Of a DNA stretch of 64,000 nt, positions 29,468 to 39,637 are shown in pieces (position 1 is the stretch's first letter; every line of letters begins with the position of its first letter). This stretch comes from Candidatus Aenigmatarchaeota archaeon (GTDB lineage Archaea > Aenigmatarchaeota > Aenigmatarchaeia > CG10238-14). The DNA is taken from NCBI GenBank assembly GCA_044343545.1, contig JAWBZR010000002.1, positions 1 through 64,000 of the forward strand, in the 5' to 3' direction. A program made the translations under genes and the position numbers. The notes below the pieces were generated by a model that searched no databases, was not told the DNA's origin, and was given only the letters and a program-made list of their open reading frames with translations.

Positions 29468-29952
29468 ACTTTTCTTGTTAAATTTTCATTTACGAATATA
29501 GGAACTTTCATTCTAACAGCTATAGCTATTGCATCACTCGGTCTAATGTCAACAGTCAAAAATTTTAAACCTTTTTGAAATGTCATTTCTGCAAAATACG
29601 TACCTTCTTCCATCTTGATTATTTTCACATTTATTGGCTTTATTTCGTAATTCTCTAATATACTTTTTATTATGTCATGAGTGGTTGGTCTAAAATATGT
29701 TATATTTTTTTCTCCTATTTGAATCGATTCTGCTTGTTGTTGAGTAGTATAAAACTCAAATTCATTGCATTTATTTGAAAGCTTAACGATTGCAAATTCA
29801 TTTTGAACCAAAATTTCTTTAACTTCCAACTTGACAAAACCATCTGTTGATGTAACTTGCTTTAGGATGTATTGATATTGAAAGTAAAGAAGGATTACTG
29901 CTATAAGAAAAGATACAACAAATAATTTTATCATTTTAGATTTTTTCAACAT
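29461..29952 (-). CDS. Bifunctional nuclease (DUF151) protein with N-terminal membrane anchor
   Basis: QAESI, RPTTHDI, GTYFA, DIRPSDAIAIAVRMKVPIFV; N-terminal hydrophobic helix. Confidence 0.9.
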   Translation of the reverse strand: MLKKSKMIKLFVVSFLIAVILLYFQYQYILKQVTSTDGFVKLEVKEILVQNEFAIVKLSNKCNEFEFYTTQQQAESIQIGEKNITYFRPTTHDIIKSILENYEIKPINVKIIKMEEGTYFAEMTFQKGLKFLTVDIRPSDAIAIAVRMKVPIFVNENLTRKVC

Positions 29953-30095
29953 TATAATACTATTAATGATGTTTGAGTTAATATTTTTGGCTCAAAGTGG
30001 TTTGCATCTGAAAATTTCACCCAAAAATAATTGGTTGAAAGACGCAACATTTTGAATAGAGCATAGAATATAATTTTATTTTACAAAATTATCAT

Positions 30096-31145
30096 TTGAT
30101 GAAAATTGCAAAGATGCAAGAACGATTGAATAACAGTTTAGTCAAGTGCACCGCATGTTCGCATTATTGTATAATAGCTCCAAATAATACAGGTTTGTGC
30201 GGTATAAGAAAAAATATTAAAGGCAAGCTTTACTTGCTCGTTTACGGTAAGGCAGCCGCTGTTAACATTGATCCCATAGAAAAAAAGCCTCTCTATCATT
30301 TCTTGCCTGGGAGCAAGATATTTTCTTTTGGAACTTTGGGTTGTGATTTTGGATGTTTGTTTTGTCAAAACTATGACATTTCTCAGTTTCCAAGAGAGAT
30401 AAGATTAAACGATGATAGAGACGAGTTACTAAAAGATGCTATAGAAAAATGCGATAATCTTTCGCCGAAACAAATAGTTGACTATTGTTTAAAACATAAT
30501 TTGCCTTCAATAGCATATACTTATAATGAGCCAGCAGTATTTTTCGAGTACGCATATGATACGGCAAAAATGGCAAAGAAGTTTGGTATAAAAAACGTTT
30601 TTGTCACCAATGGTTACGAGTCGAAAGAATCTTTTGATAAAATAAAAAAATACTTGGACGCAGCTAATGTAGACTTGAAATCATTTTCAGAAGAATTTTA
30701 TTCGAACATTTGCAAGGCAAAATTAGAACCTGTTCTGAGGACAATAGAAAGGATGCACGATGCTGGTATATGGATAGAAATTACGACTCTTGTAATTCCT
30801 GGAAAGAATGATTCTGAAAAGGAATTGAAAAACATAGCAGAATTTATAGCATCTATTAGCAAACACATACCTTGGCATGTCACGGCTTTTCATCCAGATT
30901 ATAAAATGCTTGATGCACCCCCCACATCTTTATCTACCTTGATTAAAGCTTACAAAATAGGAAAGAGTTCAGGCTTAAAGTACGTATATATAGGTAATGT
31001 AAGAGCAGGAGATTATGAAAACACTTTTTGTCCCGTTTGCGAAAATGTTTGTATTTCTAGAATCGGCTTTTTCAATATAAAAAACAATTTAATAAAAGGC
31101 AGTTGCCCAAAATGTGGTTACAAGCTTGAGGGTGTTTGGGAATGA
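30096..31145 (+). CDS. amrS: AmmeMemoRadiSam system radical SAM enzyme
   Basis: CTACSHYC, DPIEKKPLYHFLPG, CDFGCLFCQN, AYTYNEP, C-terminal CPVC/CPKCG. Confidence 0.93.
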   Translation: MMKIAKMQERLNNSLVKCTACSHYCIIAPNNTGLCGIRKNIKGKLYLLVYGKAAAVNIDPIEKKPLYHFLPGSKIFSFGTLGCDFGCLFCQNYDISQFPREIRLNDDRDELLKDAIEKCDNLSPKQIVDYCLKHNLPSIAYTYNEPAVFFEYAYDTAKMAKKFGIKNVFVTNGYESKESFDKIKKYLDAANVDLKSFSEEFYSNICKAKLEPVLRTIERMHDAGIWIEITTLVIPGKNDSEKELKNIAEFIASISKHIPWHVTAFHPDYKMLDAPPTSLSTLIKAYKIGKSSGLKYVYIGNVRAGDYENTFCPVCENVCISRIGFFNIKNNLIKGSCPKCGYKLEGVWE

Positions 31146-31897
31146 TAAGAAAAGCGGTGGTAGCGGGAAGCTTTTATCCTAAAGACAAGGAAAAACTTGA
31201 AAAAATGATAGACCATTTTTTGTCGAATGTTGATGTCGAAGAGTTAAATGCAAAAGGTTTTGTCGTGCCTCATGCAGGCTATGTTTATTCTGGCCAAGTT
31301 GCTGCTTATGCCTATAAGATTATAAAATCCTTAGGTTGTAAAAGAGTTATATTGTTAGGCCCTTCCCATTTTATTCCTTTTATTGGTTCATCTATTTCAA
31401 CTGCAGATTTTTGGGAAACGCCTTTAGGTAAAGTAAAGGTAGAAAAAATTGTCACAAACTTTTTAGATTTTCCCGCAGCACATGCATATGAACATTCTAT
31501 TGAGGTTCAACTACCTTTCTTGCAAAGGGTTCTAAAAGATTTTTCTATCGTTCCGATAAGTATAGGAGACGATGATTACAGGGATGTGGCTAATGAAATA
31601 GAAAGATTTGTAAATGAAGAAACCATCATAATTGCTAGTTCTGACTTGAGTCACTATTATGATTATGAAACTGCCAAGAAGATCGATCAAAAAGCAAACG
31701 AAGCCATCCCAAAATTAGATATAAAGGCCGCGGAAAATATAGAAGCTTGCGGAAAAATAGGTATACTTGCACTTATGTCTCTAGCAAAGAAAAAAGGCTG
31801 GAAAGGTATGAAACTTTTTTATGCAAATTCTGGTGACGTGACCGGAGATAAATCAAGGGTCGTTGGTTATGGATGCTACGCGTTTTACGAAATATAA
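31136..31897 (+). CDS. amrB: AmmeMemoRadiSam system protein B (MEMO1 family)
   Basis: VAGSFYP, PHAGYVYSG, LGPSH, EHSIEVQLPFLQ, ASSDLSHY, ACG, VVGY. Confidence 0.94.
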   Translation: MGMIRKAVVAGSFYPKDKEKLEKMIDHFLSNVDVEELNAKGFVVPHAGYVYSGQVAAYAYKIIKSLGCKRVILLGPSHFIPFIGSSISTADFWETPLGKVKVEKIVTNFLDFPAAHAYEHSIEVQLPFLQRVLKDFSIVPISIGDDDYRDVANEIERFVNEETIIIASSDLSHYYDYETAKKIDQKANEAIPKLDIKAAENIEACGKIGILALMSLAKKKGWKGMKLFYANSGDVTGDKSRVVGYGCYAFYEI

Positions 31898-32444
31898 AGA
31901 ATTTCTTTTAAGTTTGGCAAGGAAAAGCATAGAATATTTCTTGGAAAAAAGAGAGCTCATGCACGTGAACGAAGAAGAATTAGATAATGAGTTGAAAGAA
32001 AAAAGGCCAGTTTTTGTCACGTTAGAGAAGCACGGTATGTTGAGGGGATGCATAGGAAACTTGCAGCCAACAGAACCTCTTTATGCAGGCGTTATAAAAA
32101 ATGCTGTGGCCGCAGCCTTTTATGATGTAAGATTTTACCCTTTGAGTAGAGATGAATTGGATGAAGTTACGATAGAAATATCGATTTTAAGTGAGCCTAA
32201 AAAGATCGAATATAAGACAGTCAAAGAGCTATTAAGGAAGATAAGACGCTTCAAAGACGGCTTGATAATAAGATGTGGTCATAGGACTGCAACATTCTTG
32301 CCTCAAGTTTGGGAAAAACTTCCCGAAAAAGAGCTATTTTTGAGCGAGCTTTGCTTGAAAGCTGGGTTGAAAGCGGACGAATGGAAAAAAGGTAGTTTGG
32401 AAGTTTTCAAATACAATGTGATTTGCTTCAAAGAAAAAGGTTAA
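31869..32444 (+). CDS. amrA: AmmeMemoRadiSam system protein A (AMMECR1 family)
   Basis: VFVTL, LRGCIG, D-x-[23 protein letters not shown]. Confidence 0.94.
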   Translation: MDATRFTKYKEFLLSLARKSIEYFLEKRELMHVNEEELDNELKEKRPVFVTLEKHGMLRGCIGNLQPTEPLYAGVIKNAVAAAFYDVRFYPLSRDELDEVTIEISILSEPKKIEYKTVKELLRKIRRFKDGLIIRCGHRTATFLPQVWEKLPEKELFLSELCLKAGLKADEWKKGSLEVFKYNVICFKEKG

Positions 32445-32761
32445 TCCTTAAAACTTATTTGTATTTGAATGTTTTGTGGTATTTGAACTCTTAATACCTG
32501 CCTCAATGCTCTATCATCTGCTTGCAAATCTATCATCCTTTTATGAATTCTCATTTCCCACCTGTCAAATGTCGCATTTCCATGTCCAGTTCCATCGCCA
32601 CAAGGAGTTTTCATAGTAACCACTCTTAATTTTTTTGTTGGCAAAGGTATGGGGCCTCTCCAATTTACGCCGAATTTTTTGGCTATATCTATTATCTCGT
32701 TGCATATGCTATCCAATTGTTTGGGATCTCTACCTGAAAGTTTTATTCTAGCTATTTGCAT
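32441..32761 (-). CDS. rps10: 30S ribosomal protein S10
   Basis: [26 protein letters not shown]. Confidence 0.96.
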   Translation of the reverse strand: MQIARIKLSGRDPKQLDSICNEIIDIAKKFGVNWRGPIPLPTKKLRVVTMKTPCGDGTGHGNATFDRWEMRIHKRMIDLQADDRALRQVLRVQIPQNIQIQISFKD

Positions 32762-33266
32762 CGCACCATCACTTTGAATTATAAACCAAACTTATATTTA
32801 AATAATTTTGTGTTTAGAATAAAGCTATAAAAGGAGGAGATATGGGGTTAATTTTATGGGTTTCAAACTAATTTATATTATTTTTTGATTCAGAAGGATT
32901 GGTAGGAAAGCAAAAATATTTGCAATCTTTTTTATCTCATAATACCATAGTTTTTTGGCATTTTTATAAAATCTAAGAGTTTACATTAGTGTGAGAAAAA
33001 TTTAATGCGGGCATCCAGGTAGATCAGCTATTATATATCTACATTAGGCAAACCTGGATGTTTTTGGAAAAAATATACTGTTCCAACTGATTGGCCTTTT
33101 TTACAATAAAAGATTATTATTGCCTATCACAACTTGACAACCACCATCAACTTTGCTTAATAATTTTTCTGGTATTTCGTTTTTGTAAATACAAACAAAT
33201 GGACAATATTCTCTTCCATTATACTCTATAACTGCATAAAACATTAAATTAAAAAGAAATAAGGAT

Positions 33267-34547
33267 TTATTTCTTTAAAGGAACAACATCTAAAACAATT
33301 CCTGCCGCGACTGTTTGACCCATGTCTCTAATAGCGAATCTTGCCAATTGTGGGAAATCTGATTGTTTTTCAACAACCATCGGTTTTGTTGGCACCACTC
33401 TTACTCTTGCAGCGTCACCCGTTTTTATGAAATCTGGATGTTCCTGAACAACGGCACCCGTTTTTGGATCTATTTTTGCAATTATTTCCTCAATCTTGCA
33501 AGCTATGCTGGCTGTACCTAAATGGAAGACGGGGGTGTAGCCCGCTGTGATGACTGTTGGATGGTTTAAAACAATAATTTGCGCTATGAATTCTTTTGCG
33601 ACTGTTGGCGGATTGCTTACATGACCGCAAACATCTCCTCTTTTAACATCATTCTTGCTAATGCCTCTTACATTGAAACCAATATTATCTCCTGGCCTTG
33701 CTTCCGGTTGTTGTTTGTGAAACATTTCTATGGATTTTACTTCACCCGTAGCTCCAGAGGGCATAAAAATAACTTTGTCATTCACTTTCAAAATACCTGT
33801 TTCCACCCTACCAACAGGTACAGTTCCTACACCAGTGATGCTGTAAACATCTTGTATCGGTATTCTTAAAGGCTTGTCGATTGGTTGCTCGGGTGGTTTT
33901 ACTGTTGCATCCATTGCTTCAACTAGTGTAGGTCCTTTATACCAAGGCATTTTATCCGTCTTGTTCACAACATTATCTCCTTGATAAGCTGAAACCGGGA
34001 CAAACGGAATTTCATCCACTTTATAACCAACACTTTGCAAAAGTTTCTTTACTTCAGCTACAATTTCTTGATATCTCTTTTCGTCATAATTTACAGTATC
34101 CATTTTGTTAACAGCTACAATGACTTGATTAACACCCAAAACTTTTATCAAGTAAGTGTGCTCTCTTGTCTGCTCTTGCACGCCTTCTCCTTGTTTGGCA
34201 GAAACAACAAGAATTGCAGCGTCAGCCTGAGATGCACCGGTAATCATGTTTTTAACGAAATCTCTATGACCCGGAGCATCGATGATAGTATAATAATATT
34301 TTTTACTTTCAAACGGCGTGTGCATGATATCAATGGTAACACCTCTCTCTCTTTCCTCTTTTAGTCTATCCATAAGAAAGGCAAATTCAAATGTTTCTTT
34401 TTTCAATTCCTTAGCCAACTCTTTCAATTTTCTTAATTGATCCTCTCTTATAGCACCTGAATCGTATAAAAGTCTACCTATCAATGTAGATTTTCCCGCA
34501 TCAACGTGTCCTGCAGTCATGATGTTAATTTTTGGCAAATCGGCCAT
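33267..34547 (-). CDS. tuf: Elongation factor 1-alpha
   Basis: [53 protein letters not shown]. Confidence 0.98.
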   Translation of the reverse strand: MADLPKINIMTAGHVDAGKSTLIGRLLYDSGAIREDQLRKLKELAKELKKETFEFAFLMDRLKEERERGVTIDIMHTPFESKKYYYTIIDAPGHRDFVKNMITGASQADAAILVVSAKQGEGVQEQTREHTYLIKVLGVNQVIVAVNKMDTVNYDEKRYQEIVAEVKKLLQSVGYKVDEIPFVPVSAYQGDNVVNKTDKMPWYKGPTLVEAMDATVKPPEQPIDKPLRIPIQDVYSITGVGTVPVGRVETGILKVNDKVIFMPSGATGEVKSIEMFHKQQPEARPGDNIGFNVRGISKNDVKRGDVCGHVSNPPTVAKEFIAQIIVLNHPTVITAGYTPVFHLGTASIACKIEEIIAKIDPKTGAVVQEHPDFIKTGDAARVRVVPTKPMVVEKQSDFPQLARFAIRDMGQTVAAGIVLDVVPLKK

Positions 34548-34594
34548 GGCTACACCTCCTACATTTATTATATCTTAAAGCTTTTAAATATATT

Positions 34595-36793
34595 TCATTC
34601 AAATTTTGGAATTTCAAGTGGCAAACCTTTTCTTTGCCTGATTTTCTTTATTGTTTGCTCTTGCAAATCTTTAGGAATTCTTTCGAAAACAACATCAATT
34701 AAACTGTAAAATCCTTTCCCTCCCGTCGCAGATTTCAAGGCAGAGTTGAAGCCGAACATTTCAGAAACAGGCATCTTACATTTTATTATTGTTACACCCC
34801 TTTCTTCATCCATTTCCAAAATTTGACCCCTTCTGTTTTGTATCTCTTTTATAGCACCACCCATCGTTTCTGTAGGTGTATCAATTCTTATTATTTGCTT
34901 TGGCTCAAGTAAAACAGGTTCAGCCTTCATCATAGCAGCCATGATAGCATGACTAAAAGCGGGTAATATTTGTCCAGGTCCTCTATGGATGGCATCTTCG
35001 TGTAGTTCGGCATTTATCAAGCTCACTTTTATTCCTGTACATGGCTCTCTTGCTTGAGGGCCATCATCCATGACATTTCTAAAAGCTTCCTTGAGCATTT
35101 CTTCTACTTCATTCAAATATTGAATACCTTTTGTTTCGTCAACAAGAATGCTTTTGTTATATATTAACCAAATATTTTTAACTTCGGCATGAGAGAGTCC
35201 GGCATCAATTAACTTTTTTTGAACATCCAAATGCTTTTTCTTAAAATCTACTTCAGGAGGTATGTCACCATTGTTTATCAATTCCTCTATTTTTGGATTT
35301 ATTGGCTCAACTGTGATATAAAATTTATTGTGTTTGTTCGGCGATTTTCCCTCGACTATTGGTGATTTTGATGTTACAGTCTCTCTGTATACAACTATTG
35401 GCGGTGTCGTCGTGAATTCTATTCCAGCTTCCTTTAACTTTCTTTCAACCTTTGCATCCAAGTGCAACTCGCCCAAGCCAGAAACCAAATATTCGCCCGT
35501 TTCCTCATCTATTTTAACTTTAATAGTCGTGTCCTCTCTTTCCAGCTTTTTGAGAAATGCTGCTAATTTTGCCAAATCACCAGGATTTTTCGGTTCTATA
35601 GCTTTTGTAACCACAGGTTCAAATATGTGAGTGATTTGCTCAAATGGCTCAATGATATGGTTAGGTCTGCAAATTGTTTCTCCTGAAAATGCTTCACCCA
35701 AGCCAACTATGCCGACTATGTTACCTGCAACGACTTCGTCTACTTGCAACCTATGCGGACCTTTGTATATAGAAACCTGTTGAATCCTTTGAGTTTTTTT
35801 CTGTCCAACCAAATAAACTTCATCACCAACTTTTAAAGTACCAGAAAATATCCTTGCCGTGGCAACGTAACCGGCATGAGGGTCCGGCATCAGTTTTGTG
35901 ACTACAGCAGCTAGCACACCGTTCGGGTTTACGTTTAACATATCTTTGCCAGCTTCACTCTCAATATCACCTTTCCATATTTTCGGTATTCTATACTTTT
36001 GCGCCTCGATAGGAGAAGGCAAATGAGTAATTATCATGTCCAAAACCACTTTATGTAAAGGAGCCATTTTCGCCAACTCATCTTCTTTTTCATTCAACGT
36101 ATACTCTATTATTTGTTTGAAGGTAATTCCGTATTTTTTCATGAAGGGAACAGAAATACCCCACTTTTTCAGAGCAGAGCCAAAAGCAACTGAGCCATTT
36201 TCTACGTTTACTAACCACTTGCTTTTAAATTCATCCTCTGCATATTTTTGTATCAAATAATTAACTTCTTGAATTATTTTCGTGAATCTTTCCATCATTT
36301 GCTCCGGAGTAAGTTTTAACTCCTTTATCAACCTATCAGTTTTATTGATGAATAAAACTGGTTTTACTCTTTCTCTCAAAGATTGCCTAATAACGGTTTC
36401 TGTTTGTGGCATCACGCTTTCTACCGCATCAACAAGCACTATGGCACCATCAACCGCTCTCATAGCTCTTGTAACATCGCCTCCGAAATCTACATGACCT
36501 GGAGTGTCTATCAGGTTGATAAGATAATCTTGGTTGTTGTATTCGTGAATCATGCTTGCATTTGCAGCCCAAATCGTTATTCCTCTTTCTTGCTCTTGTG
36601 GATCAAAATCCATAAATAACTGTCTTCCTGCAAGTTTTTCCGATATCATGCCAGCTCCTGCTAACAAGTTATCAGAAAATGTTGTTTTTCCATGATCTAT
36701 GTGAGCACATGTCCCGATATTTCTTATATTTTGAGGTTTTTTCATAACTTCTAATATTCTTTCTACCATATCTTTTTCTGCCAAGACATTCAC
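34595..36793 (-). CDS. fusA: Elongation factor 2
   Basis: AHIDHGKTT, DTPGHVDFGG, diphthamide loop LHEDAIHRGPGQ. Confidence 0.98.
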   Translation of the reverse strand: MNVLAEKDMVERILEVMKKPQNIRNIGTCAHIDHGKTTFSDNLLAGAGMISEKLAGRQLFMDFDPQEQERGITIWAANASMIHEYNNQDYLINLIDTPGHVDFGGDVTRAMRAVDGAIVLVDAVESVMPQTETVIRQSLRERVKPVLFINKTDRLIKELKLTPEQMMERFTKIIQEVNYLIQKYAEDEFKSKWLVNVENGSVAFGSALKKWGISVPFMKKYGITFKQIIEYTLNEKEDELAKMAPLHKVVLDMIITHLPSPIEAQKYRIPKIWKGDIESEAGKDMLNVNPNGVLAAVVTKLMPDPHAGYVATARIFSGTLKVGDEVYLVGQKKTQRIQQVSIYKGPHRLQVDEVVAGNIVGIVGLGEAFSGETICRPNHIIEPFEQITHIFEPVVTKAIEPKNPGDLAKLAAFLKKLEREDTTIKVKIDEETGEYLVSGLGELHLDAKVERKLKEAGIEFTTTPPIVVYRETVTSKSPIVEGKSPNKHNKFYITVEPINPKIEELINNGDIPPEVDFKKKHLDVQKKLIDAGLSHAEVKNIWLIYNKSILVDETKGIQYLNEVEEMLKEAFRNVMDDGPQAREPCTGIKVSLINAELHEDAIHRGPGQILPAFSHAIMAAMMKAEPVLLEPKQIIRIDTPTETMGGAIKEIQNRRGQILEMDEERGVTIIKCKMPVSEMFGFNSALKSATGGKGFYSLIDVVFERIPKDLQEQTIKKIRQRKGLPLEIPKFE

Positions 36794-37392
36794 CTGGAGG
36801 CATCAGCTTCCTTTTCAATTCTTTCCTTTTCCTTTATTGCTTCGGATTTAGAAGCATCATTTTTGTAAGCATAGTAAATTTCATCAGCCAATTCTTCAGC
36901 CATGCTTCTTTTCTTTCCAAAAGCTTTCTTATAAGCAGCGCGAACCATCATTGTTAAAGCCAAATCAACCCTCCTTTGAGGCGAGGTCACAACCGCTTTT
37001 CTAACCATTATACCTCCGGCTTGATAAGAGGCTAATTCTTCTCGAAGCGCGGCGTTTTCTATTGCTGTCACGAAAACCTTGATTGGATTTTCGTTTGTTC
37101 TTTTTTCCAAAATTTCAAATGTTTTTTTAATTATCTTGTATACGGTTTGCGTTTTTCCAGTATTTCTTCCAGACGTCAAAAGATGCTTTTTTCCTTTATG
37201 TCCAGGAACCATCAATTTATTTGCAAGCCTTTCTACTATGTTCATTTGTGATTTATAAAATTGCTTTTTTGAAAATCTACCTCCACTTCTTGGAATAACA
37301 GAAGGTTTCAAGCAAATATACATTTTTAATCCAGGATCTTTTACTTCTATTCCTTCAAACGACCATTTGTTGAAGAGTTTTAATTCTGCCAT
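36790..37392 (-). CDS. rps7: 30S ribosomal protein S7
   Basis: LFNKWS, IVERLANKLM, SPQRRVDLAL, KERIE. Confidence 0.96.
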   Translation of the reverse strand: MAELKLFNKWSFEGIEVKDPGLKMYICLKPSVIPRSGGRFSKKQFYKSQMNIVERLANKLMVPGHKGKKHLLTSGRNTGKTQTVYKIIKKTFEILEKRTNENPIKVFVTAIENAALREELASYQAGGIMVRKAVVTSPQRRVDLALTMMVRAAYKKAFGKKRSMAEELADEIYYAYKNDASKSEAIKEKERIEKEADASR

Positions 37393-37397
37393 AAAAA

Positions 37398-37823
37398 CTA
37401 CCTTGATGGTTTTTGTTTTTTACCTTTCAATATTTCTTTTAAAGATACACCGTTAACCTTGACGACTTGATATTTTAAACCCCATTGAGACCCAACAGGC
37501 CCACCTTGAGAACCGCCAACACCCTCCAACAAAACTTCGTCATGTTCGTTGATGTGATCTATAGCATGATTACCAGGAACAAAAGCGGTAACTTGAATGT
37601 TGTTTTTTATTAATTGCACTCTCACAGCCTTTATCAAACCAGAAGACGGTTGTTTTTGCTCTACAGTTCTTTTAGCCAAAACTATTCCTCTGGCTTGAGG
37701 TGCACCCTCGAATGGCTTTTTCTTGTAAAGTTGCAACTGCCTCCTCATGTATCTTACATCCTTCCATCTAAACTTTTGCCTATTCGAGCGCAACTTTCTA
37801 GCTGCAAATTCGCCTCTTGCCAT
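37398..37823 (-). CDS. rps12: 30S ribosomal protein S12 (divergent)
   Basis: [38 protein letters not shown]; operon position. Confidence 0.95.
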   Translation of the reverse strand: MARGEFAARKLRSNRQKFRWKDVRYMRRQLQLYKKKPFEGAPQARGIVLAKRTVEQKQPSSGLIKAVRVQLIKNNIQVTAFVPGNHAIDHINEHDEVLLEGVGGSQGGPVGSQWGLKYQVVKVNGVSLKEILKGKKQKPSR

Positions 37824-37824
37824 C

Positions 37825-38241
37825 CTACTTCAACCTCACATCATCTATATCATGTAATCGTTTAAGTATTTCTTTTAATATTTTAAACTTTTGCTTGTTT
37901 CTTCCAAAAACTTTGTTTTTATCTCTTTTATTTATTTTTATTTCCGCGATATTTTTACCATCCTCTTCTATTATTGTCGCTTCTACGTCAGCCGCGATGA
38001 TATTCTTTATAAAATCATTAATATCCGAAGAATATTCGAACACTTTCACGTGTTTGCCTAATAACTTTTCAACATATTTTATCAAAGATCCACCTTTGCC
38101 TATGGCTAGTCCTGCTTTGCCTTCTTCAACAATATAATAAACAGTATTGTCGTTTTCGAAGCAATCCACAACCCTAACATTGGTTATGTTTTCAAACAAA
38201 TTCAAGAATCTTATAGTACTTGTGTTTAACTCCCTCTTCAT
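37825..38241 (-). CDS. nusA: Archaeal NusA (KH domains)
   Basis: [27 protein letters not shown]. Confidence 0.92.
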   Translation of the reverse strand: MKRELNTSTIRFLNLFENITNVRVVDCFENDNTVYYIVEEGKAGLAIGKGGSLIKYVEKLLGKHVKVFEYSSDINDFIKNIIAADVEATIIEEDGKNIAEIKINKRDKNKVFGRNKQKFKILKEILKRLHDIDDVRLK

Positions 38242-38513
38242 TTTTTATCGCTCTCTTTGATTGCTAGTATGCTTACTGAAAAAGGCTTTCCGCAGACAAG
38301 ACCCAAGTTAACGTTATCCCCTTCAAACTCCTTTACTTCTACTTTGGCAATTTTTGCGTTGTGAAGGATTTCTTGTTTTTTATCTTCAGGTAAGTTATTT
38401 GCAATTACAACCATATCTATTTTACCACTCTTTAAATTTTTCATAACTCTATTATAACCTAAAATGACTTGTTTGCTTTTTACCTTGTCTTGGATGAGTT
38501 TTACTAAATTCAT
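38238..38513 (-). CDS. rpl30e: 50S ribosomal protein L30e
   Basis: [22 protein letters not shown]. Confidence 0.94.
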   Translation of the reverse strand: MNLVKLIQDKVKSKQVILGYNRVMKNLKSGKIDMVVIANNLPEDKKQEILHNAKIAKVEVKEFEGDNVNLGLVCGKPFSVSILAIKESDKK

Positions 38514-39637
38514 TCTTCACCAACCTTGCCTATTAATTCGAACATACCAGTGCCTACCGGTACTTGTTGGTTGATCATGACATTATCAAATATTCCTTCA
38601 AATTCGTCCACTTCATTTCTTACCGAAGCTCTAACAAGATGCTTTATCGTTTCTTCGAAACCTGCTCTTGAAAGAACCGCTGATTGCGTACCAGCAACAC
38701 CATATCTTCCTACAGGCCTCACTTCTCCAGTAAAACACATTATATCCGCAACCAATGTGATATGCCTTTCATCAACATTCAACCCCTGCTGTTTCAAGGT
38801 ATTGTTTATTTCCCTTATGAGAATAGTTCTTGCAGCTTCTATACCTAAAATCTTTTCAACTTCGTGAAAATTGTTTGAGTATGTTCTTGTGAAATCCACT
38901 TCTTCAAGCTGAAATATTTTTTCTAAGTTTGATCCAAGTGTTTTTACAACCCAATCGTTTCCTTCTTTTACAACAACAGCATTTTTCACATTTTCCACAC
39001 CACTTACATACGAGGCGAGAACCTTTCTTTTCAATTTTTCAAGTTCTTTTATCGATATGTCTTGCTTGGGCTCTATGGTGATGGAGTTAGTGTGCGGTTT
39101 GACTTGATATCCTTTCAAAAGTTTTTGCAACCTTTCCACTATTTCATCCATTTCCTCTTTTGTAATCTTGCCAAAGTTTATTTTTATTTTTTTGTTGGTA
39201 AGGTCAGTTGTAACTTCAGTTGCAAAGTATTTTACCTTTTTTTCTTTGATTTTTTTCGAAAATTCCTCAGCCGCTTCTTTTGTATTGTGTTTTGGTTTTA
39301 GATATATAGTCATCATCGGAGTAGTAGGTTCTTTCCTCGCATCGAATATTTCTATTAATCTTGGCAAACCTAAAGTGACTTGAATGCCGGCCGAAGCTGC
39401 AAAGTGATATGTACGCATTGTCATTTGCGTCGCAGGTTCGGAAATCGATTGAGCCACAAGGATTCCTATAGCTTCTCCAGGTTGGAACATATTTTTGTAA
39501 TATTCTCTCTTTACTTCTTCTATCAATTTTATTTGCTGCTCTTCATTAAGCTTTCTTTGAGTGATGACCCTTTCCACTTCTTCCTTGAGATTGGCAGGAA
39601 AATCATCCAAATAATCTTCTAGCAATTTTTTCGACAT
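38510..39637 (-). CDS. rpoA2: RNA polymerase subunit A''
   Basis: PGEAIG-x2[46 protein letters not shown]. Confidence 0.97.
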   Translation of the reverse strand: MSKKLLEDYLDDFPANLKEEVERVITQRKLNEEQQIKLIEEVKREYYKNMFQPGEAIGILVAQSISEPATQMTMRTYHFAASAGIQVTLGLPRLIEIFDARKEPTTPMMTIYLKPKHNTKEAAEEFSKKIKEKKVKYFATEVTTDLTNKKIKINFGKITKEEMDEIVERLQKLLKGYQVKPHTNSITIEPKQDISIKELEKLKRKVLASYVSGVENVKNAVVVKEGNDWVVKTLGSNLEKIFQLEEVDFTRTYSNNFHEVEKILGIEAARTILIREINNTLKQQGLNVDERHITLVADIMCFTGEVRPVGRYGVAGTQSAVLSRAGFEETIKHLVRASVRNEVDEFEGIFDNVMINQQVPVGTGMFELIGKVGEE

